Assembly (NCBI GenBank): GCA_048213135.1
Contig: PS015018.1
Coordinates: forward strand, 1 to 64,000
DNA length: 64,000 nt
Reading direction: 5' to 3'
Source: Reclinomonas americana ATCC 50394
Taxonomy: Eukaryota
The position numbers and the translations under genes are program-made. Numbering within the stretch: the stretch's first letter is position 1; every line of letters begins with the position of its first letter. This document shows positions 1 through 11,772 of this stretch, piece by piece. The notes beneath the pieces were generated by a model. It searched no databases, had not been told where the DNA came from, and saw only the letters and a program-made list of their open reading frames with translations.

Positions 1-634
1 CTGCTGCTGGGATTGGCAGTGCCAAATACCGATCCCGACGACGTTGGCCTCGAGTGCCCTGTGCTGCTGCTGCGTTTGGACAGGTCCAGCGCCGGACGCC
101 CTTGTGACGTCGACTGTCGGCTGGAGGTGCTGCGCCGAGCACTCAACATTGTCGACACGAACGATGAATCTGGCACACTCTCGCGTTTCTCGCTGGCCAC
201 TGCAGAATGAATCACACACGACCGCATGAGGAACACACTCACATCGGCGCAGACGCGCTCGTGCACTGGCGATTGGTCACACCTGCAGCCGCGGCCTCAT
301 TCAGTCGTGCAATGAGAACGCTGTCAATGTGCACCATGTGCCGCACATCCTCCAGCAACTCCTCCTGCACTGAGCCGGCGCCGTGCTGGTGCTGGTGCTG
401 GTGCTGGTGCTGCGTCGCACTCGCCGTCTTGCGCGCGGGTACGGCAAAGGTGGGATCCACGTAGCGAGCCGAGTCGAGTGGCGGATCCATGTGACTCACA
501 GCGTGAGCGGCCGAGACTGGCGGCGTCGGACCCATCGCCTTGTAGTAGAGCGAGTGTATCGCGCGTTGCCTGGCCGCTCTGTTGGCCGCCGCAGCGCGAT
601 CCATCGCGAGCCGGTGCTGCTGGCGGTCGTTCAT
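1..634 (-). CDS. hypothetical protein, 5' part (runs off the window edge); His/Gln repeat
   Basis: ORF 239..634 (MDRAAAANRAARQRAIHSLYYKAMG...QHQHQHQH) ends at a gtgagt donor near 240. A ttctgcag acceptor near 201 opens a further exon to the window edge. No family recognised. Confidence 0.4.
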
Positions 635-880
635 TCACCACCCACGAGCCGACGACGCACCAAACTGCACTTTTCTCAGCAGACACGTTAAAAAGCGATT
701 CAACGGTCTCGACGTCGACGTTCACCAATTTCAATCACCAGCAGCACGTCGCACAGAGAAGGGAGCGAAGAAGCGAAAGGAGAGAGTGCAAGAGACACGA
801 GGGGGAGAAAGAAACAGAGGAAATGAGAACGCAGGTGAGGAAAAAAAGATTGACGTCGATGGCATTGCCAGGAAGTTTCC

Positions 881-3800
881 TCAAGGATCTGACTCTGCTG
901 CCGGCATCTCGCTGTCACCGCCCTCGGTTCCTGCTGGTGGAGGAAGCGGTGGCGGCGGTGACGACGAAGCTGGCGGAGGGGCCATATCCGCATCCATGGC
1001 CTCGGCCGCTTCGCTAGCTGGCGGTGGTGGCGGCAGGGGCGGGGGCGGCGGGGGCGGCAGCGAGCTGCTCGCCAACGAGCCACTCGGCAGCGGCGGAGGC
1101 ATAGCGGAGATNNNNNNNNNNNNNNNNNNNNNNNNNNNNNNNNNNNNNNNNNNNNNNNNNNNNNNNNNNNNNNNNNNNNNNNNNNNNNNNNNNNNNNNNN
1201 NNNNNNNNNNNNNNNNNNNNNNNNNNNNNNNNNNNNNNNNNNNNNNNNNNNNNNNNNNNNNNNNNNNNNNNNNNNNNNNNNNNNNNNNNNNNNNNNNNNN
1301 NNNNNNNNNNNNNNNNNNNNNNNNNNNNNNNNNNNNNNNNNNNNNNNNNNNNNNNNNNNNNNNNNNNNNNNNNNNNNNNNNNNNNNNNNNNNNNNNNNNN
1401 NNNNNNNNNNNNNNNNNNNNNNNNNNNNNNNNNNNNNNNNNNNNNNNNNNNNNNNNNNNNNNNNNNNNNNNNNNNNNNNNNNNNNNNNNNNNNNNNNNNN
1501 NNNNNNNNNNNNNNNNNNNNNNNNNNNNNNNNNNNNNNNNNNNNNNNNNNNNNNNNNNNNNNNNNNNNNNNNNNNNNNNNNNNNNTGCGGCCGCTGGACG
1601 CTCTATGCCCGGGATTCCCACGCTGACGCAGTTGCAGGCGCTCATTGCGGATCCGACTCTGGCCGCCGCCATGTTCCAGAACATGGCGTCACCGGGTGGC
1701 ATGGATGGAGAGCCCGTCAAGAAGAAGGTGAAGCGCGAGGCACGCGACAAGCTGCTGACTCGCAGCATTTCGGAGTCGGAGCTGCTGTCGCTGGAGCCGG
1801 GTCAGCGTCAGGTACATTGCATTTGAATTTTTGTTTGTTTCTTTCTGCGCTAACTAACCAACCACGTGGCGGCATGCACTCAGTTGCTGCAAGAGGCCGA
1901 AGTCATGTTCAAGCGACGCTTCATGCATCCCAAGCCGCGAGTGCCACCGAACGCCCAAGTCAAGTTGCATCGTGCCTTCTGGATCAACCCCATCAGCCAG
2001 GTGGCATCGCAAAAGGCATACCGCCTCAACATGGGCGTGTTGCGCCAGATGATCAACGACCTGGCCGACGACAAATTCCCGGGGGCCACGCGCGTGGACA
2101 AGAACTCGACTGCCTGGAAGGTGTTTACACGCACCTGTGACGTCGGTGATCACAAGCGGTACTACGATGTGTTTGACTGGAATGGTTTGTAGTTGTTGTT
2201 GTTGTTGTTGTTTCTTCGCGCAAGAAGAAAAAAAACAGGTTTCTGACGAGCATTGATATCACAGTGACCATTGTGGACCCGTCGTCTGGCTACCTGTGGG
2301 TGGTGGCGGAAGACCGCCGTGTGGTGCCTCTGATTGAGGAAGGCATGCATCAGCACAGTACAGCCAAGGTACTCGGACCGGAGCTGGTTGCGTCGCCGCC
2401 TGGCAGTCCGCTGTTGTACAGCCCGCCGCCACCTCCACCACCGCCACCACCACCGCCTCCTCTGTCGGCAATTACCGCGGAGTCGTCGGTGACCGAAGCG
2501 GAGGCAGCCGCGATTCTCAGCCGCAGTCAGTTCCAACAGCCGGGTGGCTTGGTTACGCCGCCAGCCTCGGTTCCCTTCGCCGCACAGTACCGCCAGGCTC
2601 CACCACACTTCCCCACGGGCGACNNNNNNNNNNNNNNNNNNNNNNNNNNNNNNNNNNNNNNNNNNNNNNNNNNNNNNNNNNNNNNNNNNNNNNNNNNNNN
2701 NNNNNNNNNNNNNNNNNNNNNNNNNNNNNNNNNNNNNNNNNNNNNNNNNNNNNNNNNNNNNNNNNNNNNNNNNNNNNNNNNCCCGACGCCATGAGAGTGA
2801 ACGACATCGGTCCGACCGCTGACGACAACAGCGATGGTGGCGGTGGTGGTGGTGGCGGTGGTGGTGGTGGTGGCGGCGGCGGAGGTGGGGGTGGCAGGAG
2901 GGTGGTCGACGCAGCATTCCACGAGGACATGAGGTCACCACCGTTGATCAGTCCGCTGGGCAGTGAAGGCAGTCCTGCGGCGGCGGCGGCCGTGTCGATA
3001 TCCATACCAGGGATCGGCGGCAGCATCGATGAGCCGGTGACCGATGCAGACGGGAGCGTGAACGGCGACGAGAAGGAGTCACCGCGGGACCGCTTGCGAC
3101 CGCCGGCTCCCTTGCGACCACCGCTGCGCGACGGCGGGAACACAGAGGCGGTCGGCGACGTGGCCGACAGCTGCATCTGCGGCGCATCTCCAGTACCGGT
3201 GACCACGGCCATTGCGTACGCCACCAGGCCATTCACCGCCAGCGGTAGATCAAGTCGAGACGACGACAGACGATTCTGCGACGCGGCTGCCGAGGCCGCC
3301 GCACCAGCGTCATCAGTGGCCATTATCGCGCTGTACTGCAATCGATGCAGGCAGCTCGTGCAATCGTCGACCGTCAGGCGCGAGCGCCGAGAGGCAAGCA
3401 AATGGCGGACCAAGTCAAAGCGCGACTTTTCCGACGGGACCGGCAACTCAGGTTGGCTGAACAAGCAATAGCGTGCAGTGAGTGGACGCACACTCATTTA
3501 GACAGCCTTGTGCGCGCAGCCGCTCTCACCTCAGCAATCGAGCAGCGCACGCTGCCGGCCACCGATCCAGTACCGACTCGAGTGACACGCCAGGTGCGGC
3601 AGTGAGTTCGCTCACCAGGCGGTGCACAGTGTGCGGCACCAGCAANNNNNNNNNNNNNNNNNNNNGGTCTCGTCCAAATGGCGCACGAGAGCCACGTGAT
3701 CATTCAACACCGTATCCGTGCTCGTTCCGAGCGCCACGGTTTGCAGGGCGCGAGAGGTGGCACCCAAAGCCGACGCCAGACATTCATTCGACAGCTGCGG

Positions 3801-5184
3801 CACCAGCACCTCGGCCACGGACGGCTCGCAGGCCATGCCAACCACCAGTGGCTGCGCCCAGTGCACCGGCGAAAGAATCTCCGCACGCTGGCTGTGCTGC
3901 GCCAACCACGTCTCGTCCAGGTCCTCGTGTGAGGGCGCCATCAAGCGCAGCAGCCCAAAGGCCACCTTGCAGCACCAACGATTCGGCAAGTGGCCGAAAA
4001 AGGCGCCCAGCACGTGTGCGTCGCCGTTGCGCTCGACAATCGCATTGAGAGCGTCGGAAATGAGGCGCCTGCACAGACAGCGCAGTGAGACAAACGCGAA
4101 GCAGAGAGGCAGGACGATGAATCGGCACCAAACTCTTCGCCTTCGACATCCTCCACCGGCAGCTGCTCATTCAGCCGCAAGCCAGTGATGCATTCGATTG
4201 CCAGGCGATTCACCAAGCCGCGATCGACGCCGAGGAAGAACGACAGCGACAGCAGCGGCAGAGCGTTGGCGGTGGTGATCTGTGGAGGGGGAAGGAGAGC
4301 ATAAAGTGAGTGAGGGAGCACGCAAACATGCCACATGCAAGTGCACACGCAACATGCATATCGCCAGTGTAAAAGTACGCCAACAGCGAGTGCCACACAT
4401 GTGCCTCACGCGACAAGGTGCGCGGCAACACAACATCCAAATCCACCACACAACGCCGCACAGGGGCCGACGACGACGATGACGACGCCTTGTTGCGCTG
4501 CTTCTGCTGCTGCTTCCCAGTTAATCTCCGATCCTGCTGCTTGCCGCTCTCGCTTGCATCGGCCTCCGCAGCCGGAGCCGCCGCAGCCGATGCCGCTGCA
4601 TCAGTATCCACCGTGTTCAGGTCCTTGGCCACGCGCTCACGCAAATGATTGGCAAACCACGTCGACTGTAAAAACAGCATCGTCAGCTCCCATTGTCACA
4701 TCGGTCGTCAACAAAATGCAATGTTACACGCACCCCGTGGACGACAATGGGAATGTGCGCCAAGATGGAGAATCGATGGTGTTGACCGGCGGCTGCTGTG
4801 TAACACAAACACAAACGCAAACGCACAAAAAAGTGTGAGCCATTTCCCGCTGCACATGGCACTTTGACGACGACACACAAAAAAAACAACGCAACGATCG
4901 GGCAGCAGCAGGCACAAGTCGCAATGGCGGCCCTCATCCAGCGCACTGCGGTGGTATCCCTGGTCGCCGAAGGGTCCCACAGTGGCGGCCTGTGGGAGAG
5001 GCGGCGGCGGCTGCACTGCAGCGGAGGACGAGGACGCGGCCTGTGACAGCGACGGGAGAGGCGGTGGAGGCGGAGGTGGAGGCGGAAGTGCCGGTGGAGC
5101 AAGCGCAGAGGCGGGTGGTGGTGGGGGAGGCGGTGGTGGAGGGAGTGGCGGAGGAAGGACGTCGGAGGCGGGGTCGACTTCCAT
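881..5184 (-). CDS. Pro-rich BTB/POZ-domain protein, multi-exon; internal contig 1586-2623 is assembled in the opposite orientation
   Basis: Start MEVDPASDVLPPP at 5184. Spliced exons give BTB-like motifs (HCDLCLLLPD..FSILAHIPIVVHGSTWFANHL; VWHSLLAYFYTG; ITTANALPLLSLSFFLGV). Flipping contig 1586-2623 gives in-frame joins at both ends (FTLMAS-G-AAAGRSM and FPTGD-ISAMPPP). Stop at 881. Confidence 0.6.
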
Positions 5185-5387
5185 CTTGTCGGCGACCTTA
5201 TGTTCTGCGCACGCGGTGTGTATGTGTCGTGCGTGTCTCTCTGGCACAACACGTATCAACGCCAGTCACTCTCCCTTTGCGTGCGAGTGTGCGAGTGTGC
5301 GAATGCAATGGGGACAGACACGAGCGGCTCGCAGCAATCTGTCCAAGAAACTGTACGGCTTGATTCGCGGAAGAAAATGCGTTTCAC

Positions 5388-7394
5388 TCAGAAGTCGAGG
5401 TGCCACCTGAGGCGACCATAGTTGCACTCGTCGAGCACCGGCCTCCAGAGGGCGCTGTCGCGGCGGACGGCTATCATGTCGTGTACGCATCCGGGCGCTG
5501 ACGGGAAGGCAGTGCTTCGCTCCAGAGCCGTCAGATGCAGGCCGCACAGCTCGTGTGCATCCTGTCGAGAAGAAGTCAGCGGACAGGTGGTTGTGAGCGA
5601 GAGCTGTCTGTGAAGTTCCGTCGAACCTGCCACCACAGCCCGCTGACTGGAATGCACACGCCCACACCCAAAATGAACACGTCGAAACCGCGCTCATCGA
5701 GCCACGCTGCGAATTCGCGCAGCGTCGGCGACGGCATGGAGCCGATGGAGCGCGCGTGTTGGAATGGCCTGTGCTGGACTTGCGACAGTGCAGTGAATTC
5801 TGCACAAAGGAAAGAATCGGTGAGGGAGCGTCAAAGGGGGAATGAGTCGGGAGGGGAGGCGAATACCGCACCCTCATTCCAGAAGAGTCCGTACTCGAAC
5901 GAGAACAGGTCAATCTTGCGCTGCTGCAGCAGGCGTTCCATGCCCTTGACCACGTACGAGTCCCAGCCCTCCACATCAATCTGCGTGCACTCGAGATGAA
6001 CAAGAAGTGCGGCACAGCAGGCAGCTGGACTTGCACACCTTGATGTAAAAGATCTTTCGCCCCTCTGTCAGCAACGCCTTGGCCTCCGGATCGTTCTCCA
6101 CGAACCAGTCCAGGCGCACTGTGGGGATCGTGTCCACCGGCTCCTTGCTCATGCCGAGTTCCGTTTCACTCGTCGTCGGCTGTCGCAAGCTGCACGCACA
6201 CACTATGAGTGTTGTGAAAAGTCGCGCAGTGGATCTGCAAGCCACTCACCTGTACACGTTGCCGATCTTGTAGTTTGGATTCTGCAAGGAGAAGCGCTGT
6301 CGTCAACAGCAGCAGGCGGACGCTCGGCCTCATCACAAACACGCACACACACGTCTCACCGTGGTCAGTGTGTACAGAGGCTGAGCCTCGGCATTGCGAT
6401 CGCTCAATCCCACACGATGCGGCATCAATGCGCCGGGTGGCAACTCGGCCGCCGCAGACACCAGTTCGTTGAATGCCACCTCTCCAGGCTCGAACGCAAA
6501 CACACGTGCTCCGTGCTTTCCCAGCCGCTCGCCGAACATGACCGCATCGGAGCGATCGGCGATGCTGTGCGAAAAGTCTCCGGCGCCTGCAATGCCACAC
6601 TCATCGTGAGTGTCGGGGATCAGCGACAAGATGAGCGGCACTATCTTGCCACTCACCGACGTCGATCAGGATGGGCGGGTTGAACGCCGCTCGCTCCGCC
6701 TCGCTCAGCTTCAGCGACTTGTCCTTTTGCAGGCGGCGCCACAGACGACCGAGCTTGGTGTGGAAGGTCTTGAGCGGCCCGCCAAACAGACTGGCGGTGC
6801 GCGAGTAGTGCAGGCACAGGTGATGGTCGAGCAGCCAGTCGGCGAGCGCATCCCGCCACCGTGTGATTCGCTGCTGCTGCTGCAGTGCCTCCAGTCCGGC
6901 ACGCACCTCTGCTGCTACCGCCGGCGATGCTCGTTGCAGCACTGAGCATTCAGAGGGGGTGTGTGAGCAGGGGGGGGGGAGAAGAAAACAAGCGTGTCAA
7001 ATTGTCGGCGTGCCTTGTTCGACTTCAGCCGANNNNNNNNNNNNNNNNNNNNNNNNNNNNNNNNNNNNNNNNNNNNNNNNNNNNNNNNNNNNNNNNNNNN
7101 NNNNNNNNNNNNNNNNNNNNNNNNNNNNNNNNNNNNNNNNNNNNNNNNNNNNNNNNNNNNNNNNNNNNNNNNNNNNNNNNNNNNNNNNNNNNNNNNNNNN
7201 NNNNNNNNNNNNNNNNNNNNNNNNNNNNNNNNNNNNNNNNNNNNNNNNNNNNNNNNNNNNNNNNNNNNNNNNNNNNNNNNNNNNNNNNNNNNNNNNNNNN
7301 NNNNNNNNNNNNNNNNAATGTGCTCGAATGCACTTGAACACACAGAGAGGAGGGTGAGAGAGACGAGGAGGAAGAGGATGACCAGGCGCTGCAT
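5388..7394 (-). CDS. FkbM-family (Methyltransf_21-like) SAM-dependent methyltransferase with signal peptide, copy 1
   Basis: MQRLVILFLLVSLTLLSVCSSA signal peptide. Spliced motifs ILIDVGAGAG, VFAFEPG, VGLSD and KIFYIKIDVEGWD...FSFEYG are typical of FkbM. Ends YGRLRWHLDF*. First intron is GC-AG (6942-7013). Confidence 0.8.
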
Positions 7395-7493
7395 GTGCTT
7401 GAAAGAGTCGCTCGGAAATTTGATGAGTTTCCCGCCCTGCTGCTTGCTGTATCTGAGAAACGGAGGCTATAAGATGTACACTCTCTTGTTTGT

Positions 7494-9402
7494 TTAGTTG
7501 GCGTGCCACTTGAGGCGACCAAAGTTGCACTCGTCGAGCACTGGCTGCCAGAGTGCGCTGTTGCGGCGAATCGCCAGCATGTCGTGCACGCACCAGTACT
7601 CTGGATCGCGGTCTTGCGATACCATGTGCATGCCGCACAGTTCGTGTGCATCCTGTCGGCGTGGTAGTCAGCATGGTTGCTCAGCAGAGGATAAAAGGTC
7701 AACAAGCGAACCTGCCACCACAGCCCGCTGACTGGAATGCACACGCCGACGCCCAAGATGAACACGTCAAATTCGCGCTCGTCAAGCCACGCCACAAACT
7801 CGCGCAGCGTCGGCGACGGCATGGAGCCGACGGAACGGGCTGGCTTGAAGGCGTTGTTCCGCTTCATCTGGGTCAGTGTGGTGAACTCTGCAGGGCGTTC
7901 GGTGAGTGGGGAAGAGCAGCAGCGAGTGACAAAAAAGTAGAGAAGCACCGTCGTTCCAGAAGAGTCCGTACTCGAACGAGAACAGGTCAATCTTGCGCTG
8001 CTGCAGCAGGCGTTCCATGCCCTTGACCACGTACGAGTCCCAGCCCTCCACATCAATCTGCGTGCACTCGAGATGAACAAGAAGTGCGACACAACAGGCA
8101 GCTGGACTTGCACACCTTGATGTAAAAGATCTTTCGTCCCTCTGTCAGCAACGCCTTGGCCTCCGGATCGTTCTCCATGAACCAGTCCAGGCGCACCGTG
8201 GGGATGGTATCTACCGGCTCCTTGCTCATGCCGAGCTCCACTTCACGCGCCGTCGGCTGTCGCAAGCTGCACACACACAGAATAATCAACTCGAGCGCTG
8301 CGACGCGGAGAAACAAGAGTGAATTGGTGCCTACCCGTAGAGATTGCCAACGTCGTATGCGCTCTGCGAGAAAACAACCGTGGCGTAAGATCTGTGATTT
8401 CTTCTTCCGCAGGCCTGCAACAACAAATCACCATGGTCATCGAGTACAGCGGCTGCGCGTCCACGTTGCGATCGCTGAGTCCCACGCGATGCGGCATCAG
8501 TGTGCCGGATGGGAGCTCGGCAGCCGAAGACACCAATCCGTTGAATGCCGCCTCCCCCGGCTCGAACGCAAACACACGTGCGCCGTGTTTGCCCAGCCGC
8601 TCGCTGAACATGACTGCATCCGAGCGATCGGCAACATTGTGCATAAAATCGCCGGCACCTGCATTCATGCACGCCCCTCGCTCAGTGTGTGTGTATGAAG
8701 AGGAGTGACACAGCAATCGCATTCGCATCGACGCAACCGACATCAATCAGAATGGGCGGGTTGAACGCCGCTCGCTCAGCCTCGCTCACGTTCAGCGACT
8801 TGTCCTTTTGCAGGCGGCGCCACAGACGCCCGAGTTTGGTGTGCAGCGTCTTGAGCGGCCCGCCAAACAGACTGGCGGTGTTGGAGTAGTGCACGCAGTT
8901 GCGATGATCCGCCAGCCAGTCGGAGAGCGCATCCCGCCACCGCGTGATTCGCTGCTGCTGCTGCTGCGCCTCAAAGCCGGCACGGATCTCGGCGCCTAGC
9001 GCGGGAGGCAGTCGCGACACGGCTGCATTCCCACAAAAGAGCTGAGTTGCATGCAACAGGAGCGGCACATCTCTCGTCGTCAAGTCAAACCTTCCTCAAA
9101 CTCCACCGCCGGTGGCGACAGTGTGAGCGTCCCCACTGGCAGTTGCTTCGGAGCTCCTCCCTTGAGGCACGGAGCGAGTTCCTATCCATCATCACAACGA
9201 GTCAAACAACACAGGTCTCTCGCACACAGATGACAGGAGTGCTCAACACGCCGACCTCGTGAATCATCACAGCGACCACACTCTCAACGCGAAACACAAA
9301 GGCCTCTTCCGTGGCCGCCCGCTGCACAAAGTCATGCTTGGCATAGTAGTCCTTGGCTGCGCGCGAGAGAGATCGATTTCAACTTCGTTATCCCCGGGAG
9401 AG

Positions 9403-9472
<70 letters not shown>

Positions 9473-10363
9473 GAGAGAAGAGACGTACTCNNNNNNNNNN
9501 NNNNNNNNNNNNNNNNNNNNNNNNNNNNNNNNNNNNNNNNNNNNNNNNNNNNNNNNNNNNNNNNNNNNNNNNNNNNNNNNNNNNNNNNNNNNNNNNNNNN
9601 NNNNNNNNNNNNNNNNNNNNNNNNNNNNNNNNNNNNNNNNNNNNNNNNNNNNNNNNNNNNNNNNNNNNNNNNNNNNNNNNNNNNNNNNNNNNNNNNNNNN
9701 NNNNNNNNNNNNNNNNNNNNNNNNNNNNNNNNNNNNNNNNNNNNNNNNNNNNNNNNNNNNNNNNNNNNNNNNNNNNNNNNNNNNNNNNNNNNNNNNNNNN
9801 NNNNNNNNNNNNNNNNNNNNNNNNNNNNNNNNNNNNNNNNNNNNNNNNNNNNNNNNNNNNNNNNNNNNNNNNNNNNNNNNNNNNNNNNNNNNNNNNNNNN
9901 NNNNNNNNNNNNNNNNNNNNNNNNNNNNNNNNNNNNNNNNNNNNNNNNNNNNNNNNNNNNNNNNNNNNNNNNNNNNNNNNNNNNNNNNNNNNNNNNNNNN
10001 NNNNNNNNNNNNNNNNNNNNNNNNNNNNNNNNNNNNNNNNNNNNNNNNNNNNNNNNNNNNNNNNNNNNNNNNNNNNNNNNNNNNNNNNNNNNNNNNNNNN
10101 NNNNNNNNNNNNNNNNNNNNNNNNNNNNNNNNNNNNNNNNNNNNNNNNNNNNNNNNNNNNNNNNNNNNNNNNNNNNNNNNNNNNNNNNNNNNNNNNNNNN
10201 NNNNNNNNNNNNNNNNNNNNNNNNNNNNNNNNNNNNNNNNNNNNNNNNNNNNNNNNNNNNNNNNNNNNNNNNNNNNNNNNNNNNNNNNNNNNNNNNNNNN
10301 NNNNNNNNNNNNNNNNNNNNNNNNNNNNNNNNNNNNNNNNNNNNNNNNNNNNNNNNNNNNNNN

Positions 10364-10432
<69 letters not shown>

Positions 10433-10752
10433 GAGAGACAGAGAGACTCACCGGCCTCTCGTGGACTCATTCCACCAAACATGACAGTGATGGTGTCGAC
10501 CGGTTGCCCCGAGCTTGTGTAAAGCTGTACGGCAAAGTAGACTCCGCCGACGACTGCCGGTCGTCGCACTCGCCACTCCGCATCCAACGCTGCGTCCTCC
10601 TCCTGCTGAATGCGCAGCCATTCGTCGTCTTGAGGCGATGCTGTGTTGTTGTCGGTGAGAGATGTGTCGGTGGCGAGGGCGTGGAGGGTGAGCAGGAGGA
10701 GCAGGAGGAGCAGGAGAAGAGGGAGGGCGGTGAAGAGTCGCCTGCGTTTCAT
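7494..10752 (-). CDS. FkbM-family methyltransferase with signal peptide and longer N-terminal extension, copy 2 (tandem paralogue)
   Basis: [27 protein letters not shown] signal/anchor. Exons at about 9260-9355 and 9090-9185 link into a catalytic region with the same motifs and intron positions as copy 1. Ends FGRLKWHAN* at 7494. Confidence 0.78.
9405..10446. repeat. (GT)n(GA)n compound microsatellite in an intron, present on both sides of an N-gap
   Basis: Near-identical gtgt...gagagagacagagag tracts at 9405-9479 and 10364-10446, probably one locus represented twice. Confidence 0.85.
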
Positions 10753-11772
10753 TGTTTGTTATGTCGGGAAATATTTCGTGTCCTGCGCTTACTGGTGGTC
10801 GAGAGAAGCTTCTGCGTGGTTGGCGCGATGTAGTGCCGTGGTGGTGGCTGGTCGGAGGAAGACGGATCCGCAGTTTGGCGACTTGGCTACGTCGACGTTG
10901 ACTGCCTGGTTTCATGCGTGCGGAGTTGCAGGTTGGCACGTCGGAGACAAGGTAATGCGGGCAATTCTTCATGCTTCTCCGTCTCGTAATCGGCTTTGCG
11001 TGTGGGGAAAGGATCTGAGCTGTGCAAAGCAAAATTTCTTTCTGACGTTCTCAATTGCAAATCTCCACTTTCGTGGCGCAATCCAATAAGCAGCCGTTGG
11101 TTGTGATTATGCAGGTAATAGGCGAGTGCAGCGCTTGGCTGTGTGAACCCCAAAATCGATTTCTTCGCATTTGGTTTCTGTGTCCCACCGGACGCCAACG
11201 TCTCCGTGTTGTCTGTCCATCGGTGAGCGCCCTCGCCCTCCCTCCCTGCTCTCTCTCTCTTTCCACTCTACTCCAGCCTCGCACAGAGATACTACCAGTT
11301 GTCTCGCTGGGTCACAGAGTGAGAGTGGCGTTGTGAGTGTATACGTAAGAGCGATCGACGCAAACAGCGTTCATCGGATTCCTCTCTTGTGCTCGTTGAA
11401 CACTTGCTCAGTCTGCCTCTATCACACTCGCATACACATACATACACGCGCACAGTCAGTCAGTCATACACGCAGCGTTTGAGCAGTGGAGTGCGTCTTT
11501 TTCACGTCGTAACTCCTCAATTGTCTCAAGCACACCATGACACAGTCGAGCGCACTCATGACACACCACCGTGCCGTTAGTGTGTATGAGTATACGTGCG
11601 TGTGTGTGTGCGAGAGAAGAGAGCGAGGGAGAGCGTGATTGTCGTTAGTTGTCGCGGAACTGAGATGTCCCATGTCCTCACAACTCTTCTCAATCTCACA
11701 CACGCAGGTGTGTGCGTGGGTGTGTGAGCGTGTGAGAAGAGTGAGTGCGTCTGCGCACCTTCAACTGCAACC

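Noticed and set aside
582-1826. Long ORFs in the supplied track that run through N-gaps
   Set aside because: Their length comes from X residues, and many are antisense to the real exons.
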